Numbered from the stretch's first letter, positions 43,726 to 54,844 are shown. The stretch: DNA of 64,000 nucleotides from Bacteroidales bacterium (GCA_049968755.1 JBMFQE010000007.1:22498-86497), one strand, 5' to 3'. Translations and numbers: made by a program. The notes: a model not told the origin generated them from the sequence alone.

Positions 43726-45516
43726 ATGAAATGGAAAGATTTACGGATAGGCTATAAGATAGGTATAGCAGTGGGTATAATGATATTACTGGCTGCAATT
43801 ATCGGGGGGGCATCGGTGCTAACGATGATAAAGATTCAGCGAGAGGCGGTCAACCTGACGCAGCGGTATATACCCACAATCAACGAAACATTTTATATGG
43901 ATAAATATTGGCACGAAGTAATACAGCTACTTCAGGCATACGATAATAGTGGTGATCCATACTATATCGACCGGGTAAAAAGTAAGCTGGCGAAATTTAA
44001 TGTTTCGCTGGATGCCCTGATTCGTATTTCTTCGTCCAATAAGCAGTTGGCAAATGTTGTGCAGGAGTACCAGAAGATTAAGCAGGATGTTCAGACCTTT
44101 ACCAGCGACCTTGAGCAATATGAGGCACTGGTAAAAGAGAATACCCGGTCACTCGAATATGTAAGGCAGGGTTATGCTTTGTTGCAGCGATATAACGACG
44201 AAGTGTACCGCGGACGCAATGGGCGGTTTAATGAATTGCTGAACCGTGCCAATGATATTTCCGCTACTGTCTTTTATGCCGTTTACGCACGCGTGCCGGC
44301 TGATATGCTAAAGTCGCAGGGAAAATTTGAAAACTTTCGCACCTATGTAAATAATTACCGTCGGCAGGAACGACTGGCAAAAGATCTGGATACCTCGCTG
44401 GCTGCTTTCTCGGATGCTGTTGTGTCGTTAGGTACAAAATATCCGCAGGCCAAACGGATGGAACTGGCCAACTTTGAAAAATCGTCCAACATATTATGGA
44501 ATATCCGTGGTATTTCCGATGTTGGGGTAGATCAGGTGAAGGAGATGGGAGAAAGTACCTATTCGTTAATTCAAAAAAGCAGAATTTTTCTACTTCTGGA
44601 AGTTATTGCCGTTATTCTCATTGGTAGCATTCTGGGGTATCTCATAACGATATCAATTGTGGTTCCCATTGAGCGCGGTATCCAGCTGGCTCACCGGATG
44701 GCTGAAGGTGATCTTACGCAGGTTATTGAAGTAGAGCGTGAGGATGAGGTAGGTATTCTTGCCAATGCACTTAATCGATTGAACCAGCAATTACGGGCTA
44801 TTATCTCCGAGATAGCTAAAAATGCCGACGATATTGCCGACACCAGTACGGTGCTGTCTACTAGTGCGGCTGAAATAGCTGAAGGCGCTCGTCAGCAGGC
44901 ATCGGCTACCGAAGAAATTTCGGCCTCGGTAGAGGAAATGCATGCTAATATCCAGCAAACCAGTGAAAATGCTAAGCAGACAGAGATAATATCCAATAAG
45001 ACTGTTATAGAGGTGAATAAAAACAAGGAATCGTTCCAGGTTGCCTCGCAATCGCTGCGCCAAATAGCCGAAAAAGTAAATATTATTGACGAGATCGCCT
45101 TCCAGACCAATATCCTTGCATTGAATGCTGCCGTAGAGGCTGCACGTGCAGGCGAACATGGCAAAGGCTTTGCAGTTGTTGCAGGTGAGGTACGTAAACT
45201 TGCCGAAAAGAGTAAAACAGCAGCCGGCGATATAAACAGCGTATCGAAATCGACGCTAATGCTTTCTTTGAATGCTGAAAAAGAACTTCAAATGTTGGCC
45301 CCTGAAATCGAAAAAACTTCGAATCTGGTTCGTGAGATTGCTGCTGCCAGCCTCGAGCAGTCCAGCGGCATTGAACAAATCAACAACGCTATGCAGCAGC
45401 TGAACGTTGTGGTGCAATCCAATGCTCAGCGGTCGGAAGAAATGAATTCGCACTCCATGAAACTCGCCGACCAGGCTGAACGTTTACGAAAATTGGTTGA
45501 TATATTTAAAGTATAA
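43726..45516 (+). CDS. Methyl-accepting chemotaxis protein (two TM helices, ~250-aa periplasmic sensor, HAMP, short signalling domain)
   Basis: 596 aa. TM1 is [21 protein letters not shown] and TM2 is at about aa 290-315. The HAMP segment is [29 protein letters not shown]. The conserved hairpin tip is [41 protein letters not shown]. Confidence 0.9.
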   Translation: MKWKDLRIGYKIGIAVGIMILLAAIIGGASVLTMIKIQREAVNLTQRYIPTINETFYMDKYWHEVIQLLQAYDNSGDPYYIDRVKSKLAKFNVSLDALIRISSSNKQLANVVQEYQKIKQDVQTFTSDLEQYEALVKENTRSLEYVRQGYALLQRYNDEVYRGRNGRFNELLNRANDISATVFYAVYARVPADMLKSQGKFENFRTYVNNYRRQERLAKDLDTSLAAFSDAVVSLGTKYPQAKRMELANFEKSSNILWNIRGISDVGVDQVKEMGESTYSLIQKSRIFLLLEVIAVILIGSILGYLITISIVVPIERGIQLAHRMAEGDLTQVIEVEREDEVGILANALNRLNQQLRAIISEIAKNADDIADTSTVLSTSAAEIAEGARQQASATEEISASVEEMHANIQQTSENAKQTEIISNKTVIEVNKNKESFQVASQSLRQIAEKVNIIDEIAFQTNILALNAAVEAARAGEHGKGFAVVAGEVRKLAEKSKTAAGDINSVSKSTLMLSLNAEKELQMLAPEIEKTSNLVREIAAASLEQSSGIEQINNAMQQLNVVVQSNAQRSEEMNSHSMKLADQAERLRKLVDIFKV

Positions 45517-45532
45517 TCAGGTATCCCCTTTT

Positions 45533-45558
45533 AAAAAAGCCCCGAAAGGGGCTTTTTT
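45533..45558. terminator. Bidirectional rho-independent terminator
   Basis: aaaaaagcccc-gaaa-ggggctttttt lies between the convergent MCP gene and the 425-aa ORF. Confidence 0.85.
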
Positions 45559-45577
45559 ATTGAAGATATAGCAATTT

Positions 45578-46855
45578 TTACCAGTTCGTTTTGAAACGCT
45601 GATTGTAAATTTTGTACGTTAATAATTCACCAGTTACACTTCGATATTGAATGTTCCCCGAAAGGGTATTTTTGACAGCAGCACTGCAAATTTTTTTATC
45701 CAGTGGCTGTGGAAGAGTAATCGAGAGATTATATTCTCCCTTACCTTTTATCTCATATTTGATCCCGTCAATCACTACTGGCGGATAATTATCCCAGTTT
45801 AGCGTAATTTTTTCAATCGTGAGGGGACTGTTATATTTCGAATATATTACCAGCGCACATTGTACCGACATAAGCGGATCGCTTCCTGTATTGGAAGCCG
45901 TAAAAATAATGTCGTCGCGCAATAAAATTTCGGCTTTGTTGGCGTTGATATCAAATGCAAAATCTTTTCGAAGCGATGAGCTTACAGGGTAAACAACAGT
46001 AATTACATTGCCCGGATCGTCGTAGCATCCTGCATAGTTATACCGAATAATCCATTCGCTCCCTTCGTTGCGTGTTTCTATAATTTTGGCACAGTTTGAG
46101 GTTACACGGGGATTGGTTGCTGTAGTTATAATCCGGTCGTTATATCGAAGGCTGTATCTAATTTCTCCCAATTTTTCTTCCAGCGGATAAATGGTTATTG
46201 AACGCAGCATCTCGTTTAGCTTATTAATATAGAGCTCGGCCTTCTGCTTGCGCGTGTCAATAAATGCCCTCGACAGGTTTTGCAACGAACGCATGTATTC
46301 TGTTAGTTGCTCGATACTGGTGATGTAGGGAATGCTATCGATGATCGTGTTCATTTCTTCGGTTAGCTGTTTGTCGGCCATTTCAAAATCAAGCACAAGC
46401 TTAGCCAGTTGTTGTTCGCTAAAGGGATACTTGATGTGGTAGTAGTACTTGATTTTTCCATCTTCCGAAACTTTTTCCCAGTAATATGCTTCGGCCTTAT
46501 TGAGAGAAATTCCTTTGATAAATCCGATGTCGGCTGCTTTAGTTTTTGTAGAAGTTTCATAATTCTCAATAAAATTAGAGACCCCATTTACCGTTTTTTC
46601 ACCGCGGTAGTATTCGCTGCTGGTCTGGATATTTTCGGCAATTGAAGAAATGATGCGTTCCTTGATCCGAAGAAGCGCATTGGATTGGGCACTCTCTGCA
46701 GTCTCGCCCGAGGCACTTACGATTATGTAGTCTTTAACAATACCATTGACCCATTCAGGAGGTTTGCGTGCACTTTTCTCCAGCACCTTTACCTTCTGGC
46801 TTATGCCCGATATGCAAAACGATGCGCCTATAATCAGTAATACTAATTTCCTCAT
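45578..46855 (-). CDS. Hypothetical secreted protein (no family recognised)
   Basis: 425 aa with signal peptide MRKLVLLIIGASFCISGISQ. It is a long uninterrupted ORF with normal composition. I recognise no motifs with confidence. Confidence 0.6.
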   Translation of the reverse strand: MRKLVLLIIGASFCISGISQKVKVLEKSARKPPEWVNGIVKDYIIVSASGETAESAQSNALLRIKERIISSIAENIQTSSEYYRGEKTVNGVSNFIENYETSTKTKAADIGFIKGISLNKAEAYYWEKVSEDGKIKYYYHIKYPFSEQQLAKLVLDFEMADKQLTEEMNTIIDSIPYITSIEQLTEYMRSLQNLSRAFIDTRKQKAELYINKLNEMLRSITIYPLEEKLGEIRYSLRYNDRIITTATNPRVTSNCAKIIETRNEGSEWIIRYNYAGCYDDPGNVITVVYPVSSSLRKDFAFDINANKAEILLRDDIIFTASNTGSDPLMSVQCALVIYSKYNSPLTIEKITLNWDNYPPVVIDGIKYEIKGKGEYNLSITLPQPLDKKICSAAVKNTLSGNIQYRSVTGELLTYKIYNQRFKTNW

Positions 46856-47054
46856 AACTGCGGTTTTATTGGTTTACTTATCTTCTAATTCCTGACAGTT
46901 CGTTCACCTCCACTCGCTCATAGAAAGACAACATAAGCGGGAAGGTAGACAAAGCCCTTATGGGTTAAATATACATAATTTTCATGACATCTTCAAAAAA
47001 GATGCAGTTGATGAATTAAGAATAAATCGGGGGGGATAAAAAATATCTCAGCGT

Positions 47055-48443
47055 TTATTTATGCAATTTCCCCCGGTAATACGAGAAATACACTCCTATC
47101 AGACAGATAATTGAGAAAAGTAAAAAACTGTATCTGGTGATTTTAAGGAATTGTGTGGGCGATGCCATGTCTATGGCCTTATTTCCAATTATCAGGGCAA
47201 AAAATATAGTAATCAGTGTCATGCTAGTAATTTGACCAACTACGCGCATGGTTGATGCTGTGGCCGAAGCAATGCCATATTGTGTTTTTTCCACCGAACT
47301 CATGATAGTGTTCATATTGGGCGAGGAAAAAAGTGCAAAGCCACTTCCCATCCAGGCGAGGATAAAGAGGATTGACCCTAAGGGGAAGGTAGTTGATAGA
47401 AACGATAGGATGAATAAACCGATACTACACATGAACATTCCTACTGAAGCTAACAGGTGGGGTTGGATTTTGTCCGAGAGACGACCTGTTATGGGGGAAA
47501 AAACGGCCATTATAAGGGGTTGGGTTACCAGTATGGCTCCTGCATCCCGGGGCGATAGACCTTTAATTTTTTGCAGATAAAGACTTAGCATAAACACAAT
47601 TGAATAGGTAGCGCTATAGTTAATTAGTGCGGCAATATTGGAATAGGCAAAAAGACGGTTGCGCGTAAAAAGTCTTGTATCGAGCAGTGGATGTTTCGAA
47701 CGATTTTGAATGTGCCAGAACACAAATAGCGTGATGATTCCCGCTCCCATCATCAGCCAGCCAGGGGTGTGGGGTATTTTTGACGAACCATACACCAGCA
47801 GTACTAGCCCTACCATATAAATCAGGCTTTCGATATAGCTAAATTTTTCCCGAGAGGCTGAGTTCGACTTTATCGCATTTTTAAAGATTCGAAAGGCAAG
47901 GAAAGCTATGACAATTCCAATGATGGTCGACAGATAAAAAAGCATGCGCCAGCCTGCATATTGGGTAATGATACCTCCCACAAAGGGACCAGTTGCCAGT
48001 CCCAGATAAACGCCAGCAATGGATATTCCCAGCACCCTTCCGCGGTATTGAGAAGGAAAGGCTGATGCCAGGATTGCTGTACCGGTAGCATTGGTAAAAG
48101 CTGCGCCAATTCCCTGAATGAAACGGAAAAAAATAAACCAGAAACCACTCTGTACCCAGCCACAGGCCAACGAGGCAAGCGTGAAAACTACTATGCCTGC
48201 TTTGTAGGTCCTAAAAATTCCATGAATATCGGCCCAGCGGCCAATAGGAAGTAATAAAATAGCCGTGGCTAGCAAAAATGAGGTTATCGTCCAACTAAGC
48301 TCGATTGCAGTTAAATTAAATTCATGCTCAATGCGGGGAAGTGCAATATTGACCGACGAAATCAGAAAAGTGCCCATGAAGGCGGCTACGCTGGCAATGC
48401 TTATAAGTGCTACCTGTTGTCCTGTAAGTTTCATTTTTACCAA
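47055..48443 (-). CDS. MFS transporter, DHA2/EmrB-like (14 predicted TM helices)
   Basis: 462 aa and hydrophobic throughout. The MFS motif A-like segment is GRWADIHG, followed by FRFIQGIGAA. Confidence 0.9.
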   Translation of the reverse strand: MVKMKLTGQQVALISIASVAAFMGTFLISSVNIALPRIEHEFNLTAIELSWTITSFLLATAILLLPIGRWADIHGIFRTYKAGIVVFTLASLACGWVQSGFWFIFFRFIQGIGAAFTNATGTAILASAFPSQYRGRVLGISIAGVYLGLATGPFVGGIITQYAGWRMLFYLSTIIGIVIAFLAFRIFKNAIKSNSASREKFSYIESLIYMVGLVLLVYGSSKIPHTPGWLMMGAGIITLFVFWHIQNRSKHPLLDTRLFTRNRLFAYSNIAALINYSATYSIVFMLSLYLQKIKGLSPRDAGAILVTQPLIMAVFSPITGRLSDKIQPHLLASVGMFMCSIGLFILSFLSTTFPLGSILFILAWMGSGFALFSSPNMNTIMSSVEKTQYGIASATASTMRVVGQITSMTLITIFFALIIGNKAIDMASPTQFLKITRYSFLLFSIICLIGVYFSYYRGKLHK

Positions 48444-48503
48444 CCCTGTTTTTGCGATTAAAGTCGACGATGTATGAAAGACGTTTCATTTCAAAAATTG
48501 TTC

Positions 48504-48540
48504 AAAAAAAGCTCAACGAATATCATTGCATTCGTTGAGC
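48504..48540 (-). terminator. Rho-independent terminator of the DUF2723 gene
   Basis: A perfect 11-bp stem gctcaacgaat/attcgttgagc with an 8-nt loop. On the minus strand it is followed by T7. Confidence 0.75.
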
Positions 48541-48566
48541 TTTCAAAATTCTTATAATAGGCTGAA

Positions 48567-51500
48567 TTATTGTCCTACATAGCGTGCATAGTAGGTCTGA
48601 AATTGCTGTTCAATTTGCTGGGCTCGATCGGTATTGCCATATTGTTTTTCGATCATAGCCAGTTGCTGCAATATTCGCAGGTTGACCCGTATGTCGTAAT
48701 CCATAAGTTCCCGCTGTTCTGGTTTGAACTGGAAAATATATCTAAGCTCCGAAGCAGCAATCTCTTCCAGTCGCTTGCCAATGCGTTGGGCCTGTTCGGG
48801 TTCGTTTAAGCGGTAATAAATATCTACAAAAGGTAGTACAAAATAATTGAAGGGTACGCAGTTATCGGGCATTACCTCCATCGCTTTATTTACCACCTGG
48901 CGGGCCGAGTCGAGCTTGTTTTGCTGAATCAGGGCATCGGCCAACTTGGCAAACATGTTGCGCATGTTGGAAAGCATCCGTAGATTATTTTCGTCGAGAT
49001 AAACCTTGGGATTATTGATACCACCCCAGCGGAACTTAAACATCAGGTTATTGTATGTAGTGTCGACATTAATGTTTTGGATATCACCCATTGGGGCTTC
49101 CTCGTAAATAGGGACAACCTTATAGGTAAGTCCATTGATTTGCAGATAGTTGTCGAGGTTAAGGTAATTGTCGCGGGAAACGGTTACGGCAAAGTAAATG
49201 GGACGTTTCCAGTTGTTATGGGCAATCAGATCGAGAACCAGCAGACCTGCCTTCGTAATGTACGATTGGTTTATCGTCCATCGCATTTGGCTTACTACTC
49301 GGTGACGCTCATTGGGGGCTACATATCCATTGGCAAATACGGCTGCTGTATCCACATCAAATTTAAACATTTTGGTAGGGATGTAATCGACACGTTCGGA
49401 GTAGCCAGGTATGGTTTTGGTTTGCGGGTTGTCGCTGGCCACAAACTCCAGTGCCTGCTTCAGGTCGGTATAGTCTTTTATTCGGTCGATGAGGTATATG
49501 ATATCACGTTTACCCTGTAGCACCTGATCTCGCGTAAAGGAGAATGGTAGGGGATCGGAAAGGTAAGCTTTCTGATGCATCTGTTCAAGGTACCAGTCGG
49601 CACTCAGATAACTCAGGTTAACAACCCGTACGTCGGTTCGTATACCCTCTACCTCCTGAGCATACCACAATGGGAAGGTATCGTTGTCACCATTGGTAAA
49701 AATAATACCGTTGCGTTCGCACGAGTTGAGATAATTTGCTGCAAAATCACGGGCAGTATAGCGATGCGAACGATCATGATCGTCCCAGTTCTCCTTTGCC
49801 ATTAAGCCAGGGACGAATATAAGGCTTGCTACTGTGGCAACAAATACGCTCAGGGGCTGCTTGATTATTTTGCTTAGCCAGTCGATAAGCAACAATACTC
49901 CCAGACCAATCCAGATGGCGTAAGCATAAAACGAGCCAGCATACGCATAATCCCGTTCCCTTGGCTGATAGGGAGTCTGGTTGAGATACAGTACAATGGC
50001 TATTCCCGTAAAGAAAAATAGCAGCATAACCACCGAAAAGTCTTTTTTATCTTTTTTGTAGTGAAAGTACAATCCCAGAATTCCCAATAAAAAGGGCAAC
50101 AGGTAATAACGGTTATGTCCCTTATTTTTGGTGATACTGTCGGGCAGATTGTCCTGGGGGCCCAGTCGCATCTCATCGATGAATTTAATGCCAGAGATCC
50201 AATTGCCCCTGTTGGGTTCCCCAAAACCCTGGATATCATTCTGCCGGCCAGCGAAGTTCCACATGAAATATCGGAAATACATGTGTATAATCTGGTAACG
50301 CCAGAAGAAACGTAAATTTTCACCAAAAGTAGGCTTATACACGGTTGTGGGTTCGCCACGATTATTCTGAACTTGTAAGGGTATGCCTTTAACCTTTCCC
50401 CAGTATTGATAGGCCTTTACATGATCGGGGTCGGGACTGTACATGCGGGGGAAAAACATCATGAACCTATCGTCATATTTGTATTCTACCTTACGGTTGG
50501 TTATTTCGTAGCGTCCATTTATGGGGGTGTAGGTGGGTTTCCCATTTTCGATACCAATGGCTGGGGCATTATAAGTTGGTCCATATAGGAGTGGCCGGTC
50601 GCCGTATTGCTCACGGTTAAGGTACGAAAGCAAGGAAAACATGTTGTCGGGGTCGTTTTCATCAAGGGGAGGGTTGGCTGCCGACCGGATAACGATCATG
50701 GCTACCGATGAATAGCCAATAAGAATGACAGTTAGCATGGTTAATGCGGTGTGCCAGGTAACTTTGTTCTTTTTGTAGGTGTAGTTCAATCCCCATACAA
50801 TAAACCCAATTAATAGTAGCACATAAAATATTACCCCTGTGGCATAAGGAAGACCAAAGCCATTGACGAATAGTAATTCAAATTTTGAGGCAATCAGCAC
50901 AAGGCCCTGAATAATGCCATACATCACCAGTGCCAGCAGTAATATGGAAACCAGTGAAGTTATGATTATACCTTTGGGAGATACTTTATATTTACGAAAA
51001 TAATAGACAAATACCAGAGCAGGGATGGTAAGCAGGTTCAGCAGGTGAACCCCAATGGAAAGTCCCATCAGGTAAGCTATCAGGATGAGCCACCGGTTGG
51101 CATGGGGTTCATCGGCGCGATCCTCCCACTTTAATATAGCCCAGAACACCAGTGCGGTGAAAAGCGAAGACGATGCATATACTTCAGCCTCTACAGCCGA
51201 GAACCAGAAGGTGTCGGAAAAAGTATAGGCCAGGGCACCAACCAAGCCGGCACCCATGATGGCCATATTTTTCGAGAAAGTATATTCGTCGTTCTTGATG
51301 ACAATTTTACGGGCCAGATGGGTAATAGTCCAGAACAGGAAAAGAATGGTAAAGCCACTAGCCAATGCCGACATGGTATTCATCCATATAGCTACATGCT
51401 CAACATTCCCTCCTGCAAACAAGGTAAAAAATCTCCCCATTATCATAAATAAAGCCGCTCCAGGAGGATGGCCTACTTCTAATTTGAAAGCAGTAGAAAT

Positions 51501-51629
51501 AAATTCACTACAATCCCAAAAACTTGCTGTGGGTTCCATCGTGAGTAAATAGGTAAGACTTGCTATGGCAAAACTTACCCAGCCAAAAATGCTGTTGAGA
51601 AGTCTGAATTGACGCTTCAAAGAATCCAT
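48567..51629 (-). CDS. DUF2723-domain polytopic membrane protein (GT-C-like putative glycosyltransferase) with C-terminal TPR-like region
   Basis: 1020 aa. The N-terminal half has many TM helices and the motif PTASFWDCSEFISTAFKLEVGHPPGAALFM, typical of DUF2723 proteins. The C-terminus is a soluble helical region. Confidence 0.8.
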   Translation of the reverse strand: MDSLKRQFRLLNSIFGWVSFAIASLTYLLTMEPTASFWDCSEFISTAFKLEVGHPPGAALFMIMGRFFTLFAGGNVEHVAIWMNTMSALASGFTILFLFWTITHLARKIVIKNDEYTFSKNMAIMGAGLVGALAYTFSDTFWFSAVEAEVYASSSLFTALVFWAILKWEDRADEPHANRWLILIAYLMGLSIGVHLLNLLTIPALVFVYYFRKYKVSPKGIIITSLVSILLLALVMYGIIQGLVLIASKFELLFVNGFGLPYATGVIFYVLLLIGFIVWGLNYTYKKNKVTWHTALTMLTVILIGYSSVAMIVIRSAANPPLDENDPDNMFSLLSYLNREQYGDRPLLYGPTYNAPAIGIENGKPTYTPINGRYEITNRKVEYKYDDRFMMFFPRMYSPDPDHVKAYQYWGKVKGIPLQVQNNRGEPTTVYKPTFGENLRFFWRYQIIHMYFRYFMWNFAGRQNDIQGFGEPNRGNWISGIKFIDEMRLGPQDNLPDSITKNKGHNRYYLLPFLLGILGLYFHYKKDKKDFSVVMLLFFFTGIAIVLYLNQTPYQPRERDYAYAGSFYAYAIWIGLGVLLLIDWLSKIIKQPLSVFVATVASLIFVPGLMAKENWDDHDRSHRYTARDFAANYLNSCERNGIIFTNGDNDTFPLWYAQEVEGIRTDVRVVNLSYLSADWYLEQMHQKAYLSDPLPFSFTRDQVLQGKRDIIYLIDRIKDYTDLKQALEFVASDNPQTKTIPGYSERVDYIPTKMFKFDVDTAAVFANGYVAPNERHRVVSQMRWTINQSYITKAGLLVLDLIAHNNWKRPIYFAVTVSRDNYLNLDNYLQINGLTYKVVPIYEEAPMGDIQNINVDTTYNNLMFKFRWGGINNPKVYLDENNLRMLSNMRNMFAKLADALIQQNKLDSARQVVNKAMEVMPDNCVPFNYFVLPFVDIYYRLNEPEQAQRIGKRLEEIAASELRYIFQFKPEQRELMDYDIRVNLRILQQLAMIEKQYGNTDRAQQIEQQFQTYYARYVGQ

Positions 51630-51808
51630 ACAAGGTATTTTTTGGATATTAATTTTTTAAGAACACCCAAAGTAAAGCAAATTTTGCCAAACTCTATGAA
51701 AATTCAAACGCATATTTTATTTTTTTAACGAAGATATCTTTTGTGTATAAAGCGTAGCCATAGTATCCCTGTTTTCTAACCCCATCAGGGATGATGGACA
51801 TCCTTTTT

Positions 51809-51843
51809 CTCCGTGTAACTCTGTGTTCTCTGTGTTCTCTGTG
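51809..51843. repeat. Tandem CTCYGTG heptamer repeats (REP-like) in a divergent promoter region
   Basis: CTCCGTG taa CTCTGTG tt CTCTGTG tt CTCTGTG. The same heptamer family, in reverse orientation, occurs at 33284-33309. Confidence 0.6.
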
Positions 51844-51936
51844 TTTTATTTTTCAACACATAAAATTCAACACAGATGATATAATTTTCGATAAAGTGAA
51901 AGTTTTATATATTTTTATAGCTTCAAAACTGGAAGA

Positions 51937-52536
51937 ATGAACTTTTTGGCGCACTTATTTTTGTCGGGATCAAACGAAGAAATACGTTTGGGCAATTTTA
52001 TTGGGGATTATGTGAAAGGGCATGAATACAAAAAGTATCCACCCAATGTCAGGAAAGGCATCATGTTGCACCGGCAAATTGATAATTTTACGGATAGCCA
52101 TCCGATAGTGCGTCAGCACAAATCGCTGTTTTATCAGAAATATCATAAATATTCTGGGATAGTAACGGATATCCTGTACGATCATTTTCTGTCTACCCAT
52201 TGGAATCGCTTTTCTGATGAGGCGCTGGCCGACTATATTGATGAAATGTATCGTTGGATAGAGAATAATGTCGAAAATTTACCCACCGATATGCAAAGGA
52301 TTGTTCCTTCGCTCATCAAAAATCAATGGTTAAGGGCATACTCAACACTCGAGGGCATTGAAAGCGTGTTGATAGGGATGAGCAAAGGGACGTCTTTGCC
52401 GGCAGAGCATGAATTTGCACTTTTTGTTATACGGAAACACTATGAAGAACTTCGCCATGCTTTTCTGCATTATTTCGAGGAACTCATGCTGTTTGTCAAT
52501 AGCACGCTTGAGAATATGGAACATAACATTCCTTAA
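51937..52536 (+). CDS. acpH: Acyl carrier protein phosphodiesterase
   Basis: 199 aa. MNFLAHLFLSG...LGNFIGDYVKG...HRQIDNFTDSHP is characteristic of AcpH. Confidence 0.85.
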   Translation: MNFLAHLFLSGSNEEIRLGNFIGDYVKGHEYKKYPPNVRKGIMLHRQIDNFTDSHPIVRQHKSLFYQKYHKYSGIVTDILYDHFLSTHWNRFSDEALADYIDEMYRWIENNVENLPTDMQRIVPSLIKNQWLRAYSTLEGIESVLIGMSKGTSLPAEHEFALFVIRKHYEELRHAFLHYFEELMLFVNSTLENMEHNIP

Positions 52537-54740
52537 TTCCCCATCTCCGAAATAAACTTGATGCGCATCAGACGTATTTCTTCTTCGGTATAACTGTCGG
52601 TTCCCAACTCTTCCATAGCCTCCTCTATCGATTCTGTTTCAGCTTCACGGAAGTAATCGTAAATTTCCTGCTGTTGGTCCTCGTCCAAAATTTCATCAAT
52701 ATAGTAGTCGAGATTGAGGCGTGTGCCGCTATTTACTATTGCTTCAATTTCGGTCAACAACTCGTCCATGCTGATATTTTTCGCTTCAGCAATATCTTCC
52801 AATGACATTTTGCGATCGATACTCTGAATGATAAATACCTTCAACCCCGATTTGTTAACAACCGATTTAACAATCATGTCCTGTGGACGGATAATCTCTT
52901 TCTCCTCCACATAGGCTTTGATTACTTCTATGAATTCTTTGCCATATTTTTGTGCCTTACCTGCTCCTACTCCTACAATGTTTTGCAACTCTTCAAGAGT
53001 AATAGGATACTGGATGGCCATATCTTCGAGCGAAGGATCTTGAAAGATAACAAAAGGAGGTAAATTTTTTTGCTTGGCTATTTTTTTGCGCAGGTCTTTC
53101 AGGATATGCAATAACTCTTCGTCAACTGTTGTAGTTTTCATAGGGACTACACCCTGTTCTTCGTCCGATTCCACATCATAATCGTGATCCTCGGTGAGCA
53201 TGAGTGGTTCGGGATGGTCCAGATAATGATATCCGGCAGGGGTTACCTTCAACAAACCGTAGTTTTCGATTTCTTTGGCGATGAGTTGATGAACCAGCAT
53301 CTGACGGATTACAGCATTCCAGAATTTTACATCCCGCTCGCTGCCTTTGCCAAATATTTCGAGTTTGTGGTGTTTATATGATTTGATGGAAGAGGTAATA
53401 TTGCCAGCCAAAATGTTGGCGATATGCTCGGCCTTGAATTTTTCCTTGACCTCGAGAATACATTCGAGTACCATAAGAATATATTCCTGCCCGTCGAACT
53501 GAGTTTTTGGATTTTTACAGTTATCGCAGGCTTCGCAGTTGTCGGGTTCGTAAGTTTCGCCGAAATAGTTCAAAAGAAACTTACGCCGACACATCGACGT
53601 TTCGGCATAGGCGACGGTTTCCTGAAGCAGCTGTTTGCCTATTTCCTGCTCGGCAATAGGTTTGCCCTGCATGAACTTTTCAAGCTTCTGGATATCCTGG
53701 TAACGATAGAAGGTAAGGCAGTAGCCTTCACCCCCATCCCGTCCAGCGCGTCCGGTTTCTTGGTAGTAACCCTCGAGACTTTTGGGTATATCGTAGTGGA
53801 TAACGAAACGCACATCAGGCTTGTCGATACCCATACCGAAGGCGATGGTTGCCACTATCACATCGGCTTCTTCCATTAAAAATTTATCCTGATTGAGCGC
53901 CCGCGTAGCTGCATCAAGGCCTGCATGATACGGTAATGCTCTTATTCCGTTTACCTGTAAGAGCTCGGTAAGCTCTTCTACTTTCTTACGACTCAGGCAG
54001 TAGATGATACCCGACTTGCCAGGATTGCTCTTGATGTATTTGATGATTTGCTTGGTTGCATCAATCTTAGGACGTACCTCATAAAACAGGTTGGGGCGAT
54101 TGAAAGATGATTTAAAAACCTGTGCATCCATCATCTCCAGATTTTTCTGGATGTCATTTTGCACTTTCGGCGTGGCTGTAGCGGTCAACGCTATGATGGG
54201 TGCAGGCCCTATCTGATTGATGATGGGACGGATGCGGCGGTATTCAGGCCTAAAATCGTGCCCCCATTCCGATATACAGTGGGCTTCATCCACCGCATAA
54301 AACGATACTTTAATTTGTTTGAGAAACTGGATATTTTCTTCCTTGGTCAAAGATTCCGGGGCTACATATAACAGTTTCGTCTTACCACTCAGGATATCGT
54401 CTTTGACCCGGTTGATCTGTGTCTTGTTTAACGATGAATTGAGAAAATGGGCTACACCTTCCTCCTCACTAAAACCCCGCATGGCATCTACCTGATTCTT
54501 CATCAGGGCTATCAAGGGAGATATAACTATAGCGGTTCCCTCCATGATTAATGCGGGCAACTGATAGCACAATGACTTGCCTCCCCCTGTGGGCATAAGC
54601 ACAAAGGTGTCATTGCCTGCTAATACATTCTTGATTATGGCTTCCTGATTTCCCTTAAAACTGGAAAAACCAAAGAATTTTTTCAAGTATTCATGAAGTG
54701 CGCCCTCATCAATCGTCTTGGCCATCTTAACCTCTCCCAT
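52533..54740 (-). CDS. recQ: ATP-dependent DNA helicase RecQ
   Basis: 735 aa. Motifs are FGFSSFKGNQEAII, TGGGKSLCYQLPA, DEAHCISEWGHDFRPEY and a zinc-binding CRR...C..CDNC. RQC and HRDC regions are present. The start could instead be the ATG 15 nt downstream. Confidence 0.95.
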   Translation of the reverse strand: MGEVKMAKTIDEGALHEYLKKFFGFSSFKGNQEAIIKNVLAGNDTFVLMPTGGGKSLCYQLPALIMEGTAIVISPLIALMKNQVDAMRGFSEEEGVAHFLNSSLNKTQINRVKDDILSGKTKLLYVAPESLTKEENIQFLKQIKVSFYAVDEAHCISEWGHDFRPEYRRIRPIINQIGPAPIIALTATATPKVQNDIQKNLEMMDAQVFKSSFNRPNLFYEVRPKIDATKQIIKYIKSNPGKSGIIYCLSRKKVEELTELLQVNGIRALPYHAGLDAATRALNQDKFLMEEADVIVATIAFGMGIDKPDVRFVIHYDIPKSLEGYYQETGRAGRDGGEGYCLTFYRYQDIQKLEKFMQGKPIAEQEIGKQLLQETVAYAETSMCRRKFLLNYFGETYEPDNCEACDNCKNPKTQFDGQEYILMVLECILEVKEKFKAEHIANILAGNITSSIKSYKHHKLEIFGKGSERDVKFWNAVIRQMLVHQLIAKEIENYGLLKVTPAGYHYLDHPEPLMLTEDHDYDVESDEEQGVVPMKTTTVDEELLHILKDLRKKIAKQKNLPPFVIFQDPSLEDMAIQYPITLEELQNIVGVGAGKAQKYGKEFIEVIKAYVEEKEIIRPQDMIVKSVVNKSGLKVFIIQSIDRKMSLEDIAEAKNISMDELLTEIEAIVNSGTRLNLDYYIDEILDEDQQQEIYDYFREAETESIEEAMEELGTDSYTEEEIRLMRIKFISEMGN

Positions 54741-54844
54741 TTAGTAATTCGAATTTAATAAACGTTACAAATCGCTTTTTTTATATTTTGTAGTTAAAAT
54801 TACTAATTTTCGAAGGAAGTGAAGATATTTTTTTTGATGATTTT

